This document shows positions 39,565-51,423 of a stretch of DNA of 64,000 nt, in pieces. This DNA is from Macrostomum lignano. Lineage: Eukaryota. The notes below the pieces were generated by a model, which saw nothing but the letters and a program-made list of their open reading frames with translations, was not told the origin of the DNA and did not search any database. The stretch is from assembly GCA_002269645.1 (NCBI GenBank), contig NIVC01000952.1, positions 338,967 through 402,966 on the forward strand, in the 5' to 3' direction. Numbering within the stretch: position 1 is the first letter of the stretch; every line of letters begins with the position of its first letter. Position numbers and translations under genes: made by a program.

Positions 39565-39713
39565 TCTAGTTAGGGTTTCTGTTAGATTTCTGTCTGTGTT
39601 GTCTGGGGTAGTGCAATATTGAATTAGTGATTTAGTGCGTTAGAATTAGTTTTGCATCAGAATTAGCTCGTAGTTTTGCGTTAGAACTAGCTCGTAGTTC
39701 TGTGCAAGCGATC

Positions 39714-40664
39714 ATGGCCAATTTAGACGATCTTATCGGTGCTTTGACAGCGAGAATCCAGGAGCAGTTGAACGTGGGCCAGCGCGTTCCACGTCCTAAT
39801 AAGTATGTGCCGACTCAAGATTTTGCTTTGTGGTTGCAACAGTTTACCACGTACTGCGAGGCTGCTCAGATCCCTGAGGATCAGCGGAAGCAGAATTTGC
39901 TGAGTCTGTTGGACTTTGGCACGGCTTTTAAAGCAGTGGCCAATCTCGAGCTGGATGATGACTTGGACCACGCAGAGTTTGTGGAGCAGCTGGAGGCTCG
40001 CTTTAGTCAGAATCGCACACCCCAGGACTACAAGACAGAATTTCAAAACAGGAGTCAGAGAGAGGGGGAAGCACTAGAGGATTACGCTGACGCTCTCAGG
40101 GAGCTCATGCATGAGGCATATCCGGCTCTGCCAGTGAAGCAAAGGGATGAGCTAGCAAAAGACCGATTCTTGAAGGGGATCCGAGTGCCGGACAGGGTGC
40201 TTGAGAATGTCTTGCTGCAGGACCCTGACATGCTGCAGGCCGCGATCCAGCGAGTGCGCCAGACTCTCGCATCGATGAAGCTTCTGGAGGGAAAGCTGTC
40301 AGTTCACGTGGTGAACAGTCAGGCGGCAGCTGCTGCAGCGGACAGTCAGACAGCTCGCATGGCTGCGGAGATCGCCAGCTTGAAGGCAGAGATCGCGCAG
40401 CTGAAGCAAGGAGGGGCGTCGGCCTTGGCGGTGCAGCCGAATCCGCAGCAGCCGGCAGCCGCGCCTCAGGCGGTCAGAACCTGTGGGAGGTGTCTTCAGA
40501 TGGGACACTCGACGGCGGACTGTAGGAATCGAGTAGTTTGCCTTGCCTGCGGCCAGCAGGGCCACACTCGTTCCAGGTGCCAAAGTCACCAGGCTGCTCG
40601 AAATCAGGGAAACGGGATGGGGCCCGGCCAGGCCAGCGTCCCGGGCGTCGTCTGCAGTGATTGA
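39714..40664 (+). CDS. gag: Gypsy gag with two CCHC zinc knuckles
   Basis: Open ORF; CGRCLQMGHSTADC and CLACGQQGHTRSRC. Confidence 0.9.
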   Translation: MANLDDLIGALTARIQEQLNVGQRVPRPNKYVPTQDFALWLQQFTTYCEAAQIPEDQRKQNLLSLLDFGTAFKAVANLELDDDLDHAEFVEQLEARFSQNRTPQDYKTEFQNRSQREGEALEDYADALRELMHEAYPALPVKQRDELAKDRFLKGIRVPDRVLENVLLQDPDMLQAAIQRVRQTLASMKLLEGKLSVHVVNSQAAAAAADSQTARMAAEIASLKAEIAQLKQGGASALAVQPNPQQPAAAPQAVRTCGRCLQMGHSTADCRNRVVCLACGQQGHTRSRCQSHQAARNQGNGMGPGQASVPGVVCSD

Positions 40665-43600
40665 GGAAGCGCCAGGGCCCACAACCCAGATCCAGAGTGT
40701 GCTTGGTGGAACTGGACTGGGTTATATTGACGCAAAATTTGAATATGGGCCCTTGGTTGGTTGCTTGCTGGACAGCGGGTCCACAGTGTCATTACTTAGT
40801 AGTCGTTTCCTAGAATCTGCCAAAATTAAGAATCTGATTCAGCATTGTAGTACTGATTTTTCAATTTACACAGCGAGTGGCGAGGCAATTCAAATTTTAG
40901 GCCGAACTAATCCGAATTTTTCGATTGGTGAGACGAAATTCGAGCACGAATTTTTTGTTGTCGATGAAATTTCACAGCCATGCATTTTAGGAACCGATTT
41001 TTTCATTAGACATTGCATGATAACTGATTTCGCTAGACACTGCCTGCAGACGGAATCTTCTGTCTTTCCTTTCCGTTTGTGTGCTGACAGACCTCTTGTG
41101 TGCCGAATCGTGCTGCGCCAGGCTGTCCGGATGGATGCCGGTGAGGAGAAGCTGGTCCCAGTCCGCCTTCAGAGACGCGGGGTGAGGGGATTTCAGTTTC
41201 CTGGAATAGTGGAGTCCGAGCGTCGGGCAGCAGGTGATCATTTGCTGGCCAGATCGGTGCAGTTGCCTGATCAAGAGGGTCAGTTGTCTGTCAGGATTCT
41301 GAACACGTCGGAGTGCAGTTTGTCGATGAGGCGGGGCACTCGAGTCGGCTGGTTTTCGCCGGTCTCTGCGCAGAAGCCAGCAGAGCTGCAGCTGAATGCC
41401 GTCCAGTCAGAAGGAGAGCTGTGGAGTCCCCTCAGCGAAGTCAAAGAGTGGGGTGCCTGCGGCCTATCAGACGCAGAGGCAAGAGAGTTTGTTTCCCTGG
41501 TTGCCAAAAATCGTGACGTCTTTGCCAAAGACAGCTCTGAACTCGGGCTCACGAATCTGATGGCACACGAAATCGACACGGGTAACGCAAAACCTGTGAC
41601 TGAACCCTTGCGCAGAATCACGCCCCACTGGAGAAATGAGGTTGACAAACAGGTTGATCAATTGCTGGCGAAAGGCCGCATCTATCCCTGTCAGTCGCCC
41701 TGGTCGAGCCCAGTGGTTCCGGTTAGAAAGTCGGATGGCAGTCTCAGAATGTGTCTGGATTACAGGCGCCTGAACAGCGTGACCGTGCCTGATCCTCTGC
41801 CTCCGCCCAGAATGGATGAGACTCTTGATGCGCTCGGGGGAAACTGCATCTTTTCCACGATGGACTTGGAGTCGAAAGACCAGTTAAAGACCGCTTTCGT
41901 GGTGCCGAATCGGGGACAGTTTGCGTGGAAGTGCATGAGTTTCGGGCTCAAAAACGCCCCGTCAACTTTTACGAGACTCATGTCTATGGCACTGTCAGAA
42001 GTCAACTAGAAGGAATGCCTCGTCTACTTCGACGACATAGTTGTCTTCTCTACGACTGTGCAGCAGCACTTCGAGCGCCTTGAGCATGTGTTCCTATGTC
42101 TCAGAAGAGCCAACATCAAGCTGAAGCCAGCAAAATGTGTCTTTCTGGCCGAAAAGATTAGCTTCTTAGGTCTTAGGTATTAGGTTCAAGGATGGAATAG
42201 CGACGAACCCAGAAAAGTGTGCCGTAATCCAGGACTGGCCCAGGCCTTGCAGTGTGGCCAAAGTCCAATCGTTTCTCGGACTGTGCGTCTACTACAAAGC
42301 TTTCATTCCAAATTTTTCCGAGATGGCCGCTCCGCTCTACAGACTTGTAGCGAACGATGCCGAGTTCAAATGGGGCCCAGCCCAAGAGCAGTCGTTCAAC
42401 AGTCTGAAAGCGGCTCTGTGTTCGCCAAGCGTTATGGCTTTTCCAGACTTCTCGCCAAACGCTGGTGAGTTTATTCTTGACACGGATGCCAGCTCTCGAA
42501 TTGGGCTTGGTGCGGTGCTGTCACAGCGCCAGTCGGACGGGTCTGAGGTGATAGCCTATGGATCTCGAATGATCCAGGCAAGCGAGAAAAACTACTGCAC
42601 CACCCGTCTCGAGCTGTTGGCAATTGTGCACTTTATCAAAAAGTACGATACTGTCTACTCGGGAAAAAATTCACTGTGAGATCTGATCACAAAGCCTTGC
42701 AGTGGCTCGCCAGCATCCGTGATGTTGAGGGTCAATTTGCTCGATGGCTGGAGACACTGCAGAACTATGACTTTGTTATAGAACACCGGGCCGGGAAAAA
42801 TCACTGCAATGCAAACTCTTTGTCTCGAAAACACCTAAGGCACACAGGGCATGAGACTTGTCCTAGTTGCGCACCGGCTCAGCGCAGCAATGGTGTCAAT
42901 GCGATATTTCGGAGTGTGCTACAGAAGGAAGATATACAGTCAGCTCAAGAAGCAGAGTCAAAGCTGAAGATCATCAATAATTTCTTGACAGATCATGTCG
43001 ACGGGTCAACTCCACCGCAGGTGATGTGTTGGGAGGAGAGGTGTCTGTGGTCTCAGCGTCAGCTGATCAGGCTTGAAGCGCAGGTTCTGGTTTTTGAAGG
43101 CCCAGGGTCTGAGGTTCTGAAAATTATCTTGCCGCCGAGCTTGTTTCAGAAGGTCTTCAATGAGCTGCATGACGGAGTCACAGGTGGTCACCTAGGGATC
43201 AAAAAGACCCAGGAGAAGGTGAAGGCTAGATTTTGGTGGCCTGGAATTTCAAGGAAGTTCGAGGAGTACTGCAGGAGCTGTGTGCATTGTGCCCGGTCAA
43301 AACCAGGCCAGGCCAATCGAGCTCCGCTGCACCCGATTGTGTCAGAAGCTCCGTTTCAGCGAATAATGTGCGACATCGTCGGACCATTGCCGCGATCTAG
43401 GAATGGGTCCAGATTCATTCTGACCATTCAGGACTCGTTCACTAAGTGGCCAGTTGCCGTGGCACTTTCAAATCAGCGTGCGAGCACGGTGGCAAAGGCC
43501 ATCTTCGACAATTGGATAGCGCAGTTTGGTTGCCCCGAGTTCCTTGTGACGGACAAAGGCACCAACTTTGTGTCACTGCTGGTAAAGCAGCTGTGTCAGC

Positions 43601-44370
43601 TGATGGCTGTTAAAAATGCCGAACAACGGCCTATCATCCAATGGCCGATGGCCAGGCAGAAAGCTTTACAAAACGCTAAAAATATGATAAAATACCGGCA
43701 GAGTGAGGCTGAGAGTGATTGGAAGGAGTTGATCGCTCCATCACTTCTCGCCTACCGCAGTAGTGTCCATCGTGGCACTGGGTACACTCCGTGCTACATG
43801 TTGTACGCAAACGAAATGCGCCTTCCAGTCGATATTGGGAACCTGCCGGAAGCAGTACCGGCTGATGCACCGGAGTACCTGTTGTCTCTGGGGCACAGGC
43901 TCGCGGAGGCGCATTCACATGTAAGGCAAAATCTGCAAAATTATCAGCGGAAACAGAAAATCATATACGACTCAAGAGTTCGAGGTCCGAACATAGAGGT
44001 AGGAGATACAGTACTCGAATATTCACCGGCCCTGCAGCCGAACGAAGCGGCAAAATTTCACAATTATTGGAAGGGCCCAGCCGAGGTGATAGAGAAGCTG
44101 TCGGACATTAACTTCAGAATTCGCCATCAGAACAGTAGGAAAGACAGAGTGGTGCACTATAACAACCTTCGCAAAGTGCCTCAACGTCCCGTTGAGCTGC
44201 AGGCTCCGAGACCGCCGAAGCAAAGGCGCAGAAAACGGAAGGGGCAACGTGAAGTTGTTGTCGTGGGCGAAGAGCCGCAAGAGTCGGAGCCCAACTCGGA
44301 TGGCGATGACTCACAGTTTGTCTATGTGCCAGCGGCGGTGCATCAAGACATCCAAGCGCCGCAGGACTAA
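40543..44370 (+). pseudogene. pol: Gypsy pol (protease, RT, RNase H, integrase), disrupted
   Basis: LLDSGST protease; TAG at 42007 before KECLVYFDD; frameshifts near 42180 and 42670; ILDTDAS RNase H; GGHLG..FWWP..CVHC and DIVGP integrase; WKGP motif. Confidence 0.92.
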
Positions 44371-44958
44371 CCGGTTCACGCTGCAGCACCTCCGGCTTCG
44401 CCACGCAGGCTTCGGCCTAGGAGAAACAATCCGCCTGCTCGCTACGGCGACCCAGTACTATATTAGTTCCATGCATTCAAACTATGAATAAAAAATGTGA
44501 ACAACCAAAAAAATTACAAAACAGGACAAAAACAACGAAAAACAACACTTGCTCATAAAGTACATGCTTACAGTAAGCAAACAGTTCAATTACAGTACGC
44601 TTTTTATAGTTAGTATTTGTTTAGTTTAGAAGTAGTCGGGCTAGATCGGTTTGTCTTTGTTGGAGAGCTTAGCAGTAGGTGGCACCTGCTCGGGAAGCTG
44701 CACTCCCTGTTTCCATGTTGGGGTTCCTCGGCTCGTTCCTCGGGGAGGGCCAGGCTCAAAAGGACACCAAGGGCAAGGAGTCGAGCATCAAAGACCGGCA
44801 GGAGTCACTGCGCAGCTGACTGCACCTACGGATCCGTCCAGCGTGAGAACAGTGAACCGGCGCGCGGGAGATGCGGATGCGGCTTCAGCAAGTCGGCCGG
44901 AGGCTGGATGGCGCAAGTCGACGGGATCGTGGGTCGGCTCGCAGATCGGTAGTCCGTC

Positions 44959-44995
44959 CAAGGACTTCTAGACTAGTCTAGTCTAGAAGTCCTTG
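44959..44995. mobile_element. 37-bp palindromic micro-insertion with 8-bp TSD (AGTCCGTC)
   Basis: CAAGGACTTCTAGACTAG-T-CTAGTCTAGAAGTCCTTG, with AGTCCGTC at 44951-44958 and 44996-45003. Confidence 0.75.
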
Positions 44996-45959
44996 AGTCC
45001 GTCGTGTTGGAGTCGAGCAGAGTCCGGCGCAGCCCACCCGGCCTGATTTACTTCATTTTAGTGCATTTTTTGAAGTATTTTTGGTTCATTTTTTTCTCTT
45101 GACAATTTGGCATTATTAAACTGCTGTTTTACGTTCATGTCGCAAGAAATTCTTCGAAGTTAAAGTAATATTGGTAAGACATTTGTGCAATTTTTTCGTT
45201 GCGTTGCGTTTTTCATTTTCCGCGTTTATTTCTCTCATATTTATCGTCCAAAAATGCGTTTCCTCAGTACACTTATCATATGCGTCAAACTCGTTTTTTC
45301 ATTGCCGACCAAAAATCGAAAAGCATCCCCTTTCCCGTCAAATTCGAATGTCATTAACGCTGAAACTGTTTTTCTTAAATCTCGTTGTCAAGTGCATTAT
45401 CCGCGTTTATTCTCATTGCGTCTTCGTACCTGTCAAACTCAAAAAATCCTGTCTTTGTCCCATTTCAGTCTTTGTTCTTGAGACTCGCCTTTTTCAAGGA
45501 GAGGAGGATGTTGTGCAATCGTGTTCTTTTTCGCCCTCCTGCCCCGCCCCAACCCTTCCAGTCTGCCCCACCCCTCCAATCAATAACCGATGCGTACGCC
45601 ACCTCGCACCACCACCCCATACCGTACATTTGTTCTTAAGTTATATTCATGTACGCGTAGGACCAATGAAAAATATATAATGAAGTCGCTGTCTGGAGGG
45701 CAGACTCCTCCCTTGCTCGCGTTTGGTCCGCCTCCGTTGGCTATTGAATAAAACGACTCGTCTACCATAAAAAGTGCACGGCGAACTGCATCGGCTACGG
45801 TGTGTAAGTTCGTGTTCGCGAGTTACTGTACTTTTTTCTGCTTCTCCCTAGGGCGCGGGACGGGAGCTCTGACTGGGGACCTGGGGGTCGCAGCTTCCCG
45901 ACAGGTTAAAGCTGTAGGCGTTGCTCCGGAGGACGGGGCTCACAACACTCACAATGGAA

Positions 45960-47575
45960 CGCTCCTCATTCCGCTTTGGCGCCCCTCATTCTGCTTTGGC
46001 GCCCCTCATTCTGCTTTGGGACCCCTCATTCTGCTTGAAGAGTTCGCTTTAGCACACTAGAGAGAAATTGAGGGGAAAGGAGAGAAAGAAAGAGAAGAGA
46101 GAGAGAGAGAGAATTAGGTCTAGTGTCTAAACGCTCGAACTCCCACTTCCAGACCTTAAGCCTGGGAACAGAATAAAGTGTTTACTTACGGTGGTGGGCT
46201 CCTCTTCTGTGTCGGGCAGGTTCTCCGATCTCGTTCCTTGTATCTTCTTTGTTGTGCACGTTTGTTGAGTTCGCTTCTTCAAATCTTCTTCTCCGGAGGA
46301 ATCTTCTTGAAGTCTCGAATCGGCCGAATGAGAGCGTGACAATCAGATCAGGCGACGTCGCAGTATTTCTCGAATGCAAAAATCAATATAGGCCTTAACC
46401 TCAGTAATCAATATCAAAGATGCGCCCTAATAACACAATCAACTTTCTGTAATAATCACGAGGTCCTCTTAGAAGGGCGTCTTCTTCTAGCAATAACGGA
46501 ATCGGAGTCGTGTACTCCTATCGGTTAATCTAAGATAACCAAATCAATCAACTCGATAATCCTCTAAAGGGTATCGGAATCGGTCCGCAGATCCTATCCA
46601 ATACCTTAGGAAAAGGGAGGCCTCAAATTCAATATAGTCTCAGTAAAATCAACTGATCAACAACGGCCTGCAATAAAATCGCTCTCAAAATCAATTCAAT
46701 AACAAAGGCTCGAACAAAGGCTCACCAATTGGTTTACTTCTTCCTCAGAGATGTAGCCCCGAGTAGCTTCTGCAGTAAGCCCAAGATGTTTTGAGGCTGC
46801 TCCGAGTCTGAGATTTCAGCTCGGATTTTACGCTTATATTTATAGGGAAACTTCTTGAAAAACAGATTATTTTTGGTAGGTGACAGTTTAGCGTTTTGGA
46901 AATTTGACCCCTATGGAATACATTAGATTTGAGCATCAATACCATATTCGGAGTTCTAAATTTAAATGTTGCAAAAGATGGTCACTTGTTGCTTTCGTGG
47001 TCTTAAAAATAGAATGTGACAATTTGCAATTTTATAGCATTCAAGTTTTTCGCGTTTTTATGTTACTACATACAGTAGTTTACTTTTGTATCGTATTTGG
47101 AGATCTCTACATGCTTTGGCGCCCCTCATTCTGCTTTGGCGCACCTCATTCTGCTTTGGCGCCCCTTATTCTGCCTTGGGACCCCTCATTCTGCTTTGGG
47201 ACCCCTCATTCTGCTTTGGGACCCCTCATTATGCTTAGGCGCCCTTCATTCTGCTTTGGGACCCTTCATTCCGCTTTGGGACCCCTCATTCTGCTTTGGG
47301 ACCCCTCATTCTGCTTTGGGACCCCTTATTCTGCCTTGGGACCCCTCATTCTGCTTTGGGACCCCTCATTCTGCTTTGGGACCCCTCATTTTGCTTAGGC
47401 GCCCTTCATTCTGCTTTGGGACCCTTCATTCCGCTTTGGGACCCCTCATTCCGCTTTGGGACCCCTCATTCTGCTTTGGGACCCCTTATTCTGCCTTGGG
47501 ACCCCTCATTCTGCTTTGGGACCCCTCATTCTGCTTTGGGACCCCTCATTCTGATTTAGGACTCCTCATTCTGCT
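45960..47575. repeat. 21-bp minisatellite (CTCATTCTGCTTTGGGACCCC)n in two blocks (45960-46035, 47110-47575) split by ~1 kb of other sequence
   Basis: Directly visible. Confidence 0.9.
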
Positions 47576-48457
47576 TTCAAATTTGAAACATCTTTTTTAG
47601 CGCCCTCATCCGGTCTTGGGATCTCATTTCTCATTGTTTTTTTGACCTCTTTCCTACAATTTTGAAGTTAGAATGAAATCTATTACAAGTTACAAGCTAC
47701 GGTGGTGTATAGTATTAGAAATTTAGCATTGTAGTAGCATTCATTCAATTTTATATTCAAGCCCACATTAATGCGTTCCTACATCTGAGGAGGGTTTGGA
47801 GTATGAGAGAAAGTTAATGTACATTGGGCCGCTGGGCGGTTATCAAAAGAAAGGCAGTGTACAGTGGAAGGGCAACACTGTCGGCTGCGATCGTTCACGG
47901 GGGAGTGGGGTGGGTAGCCAACCCCTCCCTATGGATCAAAATCCTGGCGCAGTCGCATTCACCCCACACTCTCCCCCGTAGAACCCCCCCCCCAGGCCGA
48001 TGGCCTTGTATTTCCAGTTCGTCTCGTCTCGCTGCCCTCGCGTCAACTGAAAGCGCTTCTCTCTCTGGTTTGTGCCTTGTGAATCATTTCTAGTTTTTTG
48101 GCTGCTCTTGCCGTGCCGCCTTTAGTAATTCGAGATTCAACTTAAATAGAATAAATAGCTAACAACTCAGCTTTCTCTAGCCGTTGCTGTAATACACTGA
48201 ATAATAAATAATTCTATGAAAGTTCATGGTAATATTATATTACGATCTTGCCTACATGTCATGCGGAGCAAGTTTTTGTAAACTCAAACCCGGCCTTCGA
48301 AATTCGAATAGAGACCATACTGCAGACAGTTACGGTAAGTCCCACGATCCCACTCAAATTTTGTGTGCTGCTGAAATTTCAGGTTTGTTGAATTTTGAAA
48401 AGTCTAAATTTGCGCATTAAGAGCTCACTGATTTTCTTCGGATGCCTATACGCATCC

Positions 48458-48660
48458 CAGCCAGATATTTGCCAGTCGAAGTTTCCCAGCCAGACATTGG
48501 CCAGTCGAAGTTTCCCAGCCAGACATTGGCCAGTCGAAGTTTCCCAGCCAGACATTTGCCAGTCGAAGTTTCCCAGCCAGATATTTGCCAGTCGAAGTTT
48601 CCCAGCCAGATATTTGCCAGTCGAAGTTTCCCAGCCAGATATTTGCCAGTCAAAGTTTGC
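48458..48660. repeat. 29-bp tandem repeat (AGCCAGAYATTTGCCAGTCGAAGTTTCCC) x7 upstream of GT copy 3
   Basis: Directly visible; two units read GACATTGGC. Confidence 0.93.
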
Positions 48661-48942
48661 TAGCCATCATCAAGTTAGTATACAAAAAGTACAAGTATAT
48701 ATAATAAATGCAAGTATACAAAAGTACAAGTATATATAGTAAATGCAAGTACACAAAAGTAGAAATATGTACTTGTAAATTATGAAACAATGGCTGCTTA
48801 GTTAATACTGGCTGGCAAACTGAGTGGAACAGGTTTTGTAGATTGTGAAAAAATTGAAATACTTGCAAATGCCGGTGCTACAAATGCCTTGTTGGCTACA
48901 AATTTCGGTCATTGTTTTCTCCGCTGCACTCGCAGGCTCGTC

Positions 48943-50118
48943 ATGACGCAGCAATCGCCAAAGCGGCTGCTGCCCGCTCTGCTGCTCTGTCTGACGCTGG
49001 CGCTGCTGGTCAGCCTGTACTACATCGGGCCGCTAATCAGCATTGGCAGCGCGTCTGTGCTGCACCGTCAACTGGCGCTGCCTATTGCCCTTTCTCTATC
49101 AGCCGAGCGCAATAGCAGCCCGTTGTACAGTTCGATGGACGTGGAGGCACTGCGCTTGAACTTCGTGCGCCTGCGTGAAGCAGTGCGACTCCACAGCGGC
49201 AGGTACCACAGCCGACTGGACCAGATGATGGCCACCTACCTGCCAGCTGTCGACACCAGCGCATGGTCTCCGCACAGTCCCAGCGGCAAGAAGCTCACCA
49301 TTGAGGAGGTCCATTCCGTGGCGAAGTCGACCATTCAGCCTGGATTCCAGGTGCCAAACATTGCTCACTTTGTCATGCCGTTCGGCGAAACCAACCTGCA
49401 GTTCCACCAGATGGTCAGCCTTCTCAGCTGTCTGCACATAATGAAGCCTCACCGTCTGCTGCTGTGGTACGCTCCTGGCAAGCTGCCAAGCGGACATTGG
49501 TGGGACAGAGTCAGGAAGAATCTGACCGAGTCGGAGTGGGAAGAGAAGATCATATTCGTGCAGAGACCGATTCCCACATCCGTGTACTCGGTTCCAGTTC
49601 ACGGAAAAGAGCACCAGTCAGATGTGATGAGGCTTGAAGCTGTGCTCGTATTCGGAGGACTGTACATGGACATCGATGTCCTGGTTCTGAAACCGCTGGA
49701 GCCTCTTCGGAAATTCGTTTGCACCATTGGCAGGGAGGTTCCATACGGTCTGTGCAACGGCGTCTTCTTGTCCGCTCCTAGCGGGACGTTTCTGGCGATG
49801 TGGCACACGGCGTACCAGGTGTTCAACGATGAGGCTTGGGGCGAGCACTCAGTGAAGCTTCCGCACTCGATGCAAGCCACCTTCCCGGACCTGTGTCACG
49901 TGGAAGAGGAAAGCATGGACCGGCCGAACTGGACTCCAGAGGAGGTGAGCTGGATCTATGTAAAAGGACAGCAGAGCAGGTGGGATTGGCGCTCGAAGAA
50001 CTACGTCATGCACCTGTGGTTTCGAAAGTATGGACTTCAGCACAATATGGAAAGCATCAAGACTTTAGACTCAAATTTTGGTGAGATGTGTCGCTTCATC
50101 TTGTTCGGAATATACTAG
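48943..50118 (+). CDS. GT32-like copy 3, divergent/mosaic paralog, 391 aa
   Basis: ATG at 48943 follows a polypyrimidine-CAG acceptor (ending 48935). TM LLPALLLCLTLALLVSLYYI; catalytic domain largely identical to copies 1 and 4. Confidence 0.9.
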   Translation: MTQQSPKRLLPALLLCLTLALLVSLYYIGPLISIGSASVLHRQLALPIALSLSAERNSSPLYSSMDVEALRLNFVRLREAVRLHSGRYHSRLDQMMATYLPAVDTSAWSPHSPSGKKLTIEEVHSVAKSTIQPGFQVPNIAHFVMPFGETNLQFHQMVSLLSCLHIMKPHRLLLWYAPGKLPSGHWWDRVRKNLTESEWEEKIIFVQRPIPTSVYSVPVHGKEHQSDVMRLEAVLVFGGLYMDIDVLVLKPLEPLRKFVCTIGREVPYGLCNGVFLSAPSGTFLAMWHTAYQVFNDEAWGEHSVKLPHSMQATFPDLCHVEEESMDRPNWTPEEVSWIYVKGQQSRWDWRSKNYVMHLWFRKYGLQHNMESIKTLDSNFGEMCRFILFGIY

Positions 50119-50489
50119 TGCTTTTATATTTTATTAATTTTTGAGACCTGGAGGCTGTAGCTTTTAATTGACAACATTTTTGCTTCGTCGCTCTGTTGAC
50201 TGCTTTGTCCAAAGTTCCAAACCCGGAAATGATATATACGAGCGTAGTTTCAATTCTATTTTTAGAGCAAGTCATCGGGATGCTACGACATTTTGTGTTT
50301 TGAACCTCACCTGTGTCTATTCTGTGTCTATAATGAACTCTTATTGGCAGGTGATTGGTTGTGTCTTACCCCGTGTTTTACAATTTCATTTTTTCCGCAT
50401 AAGTTCGACTTCTGACTGTTGTATGAGCTCACCAACAATTGCTATGCATGGGTTTTTCATCAGCGCAAAGTCTCGTGTTCTGATTTCAT

Positions 50490-51305
50490 TCATTTTTGCT
50501 TAACGTTTGATTGCCTTAACTGTAACTTTGCAGCATAAATAAAATCATCGATGATCTCGCGCGGAAGATTTGAACATGTACCCGCATTTTGACGTTTATG
50601 TGCGAATACAGCATGTACGAGCGCTTTCAAGTGCTGCTTGTGAACAAATTTACCTACAGCTGAAGTTTCAAAACGGGTTCCAGAAGTTTTACTGTGAGAT
50701 GCTTGACAAGCCAGTAAGTCACAGAACTTACCGTATTGCTGCCGTCGGCGGCAATACAGCGCTGCAAAGCTGATTGCACAACTTACCGAATGGGACTCAA
50801 TGTGCAGATTGAGAGCGGGCTGAATCGCTGCAGCAAATTTTCGCTGAAGGTCTTTGCCAACGCCTTTCTGTTGGAAATAGGATTTGTCACTGCCAAGAAA
50901 GATTTGCTCCATGATCCTGACGGCAGATACCAACTTGTCACTTGGATAAGTCAGACTGGACTCTGCGATGCTCTTCAAATTGATGAAGAGTCTGCAGGAA
51001 TTATCAGCAGTCTGCAATTCTGACGTGCATTCGCCGCATGGAGCATTCAAACAGGAAGTCAGATGTCTGCGTAGCAACCAGCCTGCAACATAAGAAAGCT
51101 TCTCATCTTCGATTCCAGCACAGTCGTCTCCAGCACAATTTTTTGAATGAGGGTTGCAACTTAGCAGCTGATTATCAGCAAGAGATCGTTATGCTGCAAC
51201 TGCCTCTCTGCACTCTGGGCGATCGTTGAAGCCACCTCGACGTCGGATGCAGGAAAAGCCGTTTTCAACATGGTCCTGAGTTAGGTTGCGGATCAGCAGC
51301 TTGTT
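50490..51305 (-). pseudogene. THAP/P-element-type transposase, C-terminal part (3' side of the LINE insertion)
   Basis: KLLIRNLTQDHVENGFSCIRRRGGFNDRP (P-family NQD.LE.FF..IR motif); SLTYPSDKLV. Confidence 0.8.
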
Positions 51306-51423
51306 GACTTGACTTACTTGACTTAGCTGCAGGGGGCGTCCGGCGGATGCAGCGAGGAGGCGGAGGAGACCGCCCATTCCGCTAGCCCCTGGCGACCAAC
51401 GACTTCCGTTGAAGTGGTGTCGC

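Larger units (their letters stand above)
39285..45947 (+). mobile_element. Full-length degenerate Ty3/Gypsy LTR retrotransposon
   Basis: 5' LTR 39285-39544, 3' LTR 45509-45947 (TGTTGTG...CACAACA), PBS, PPT 45496-45508, possible CTCA TSD, gag and PR-RT-RH-IN pol. Confidence 0.95.
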
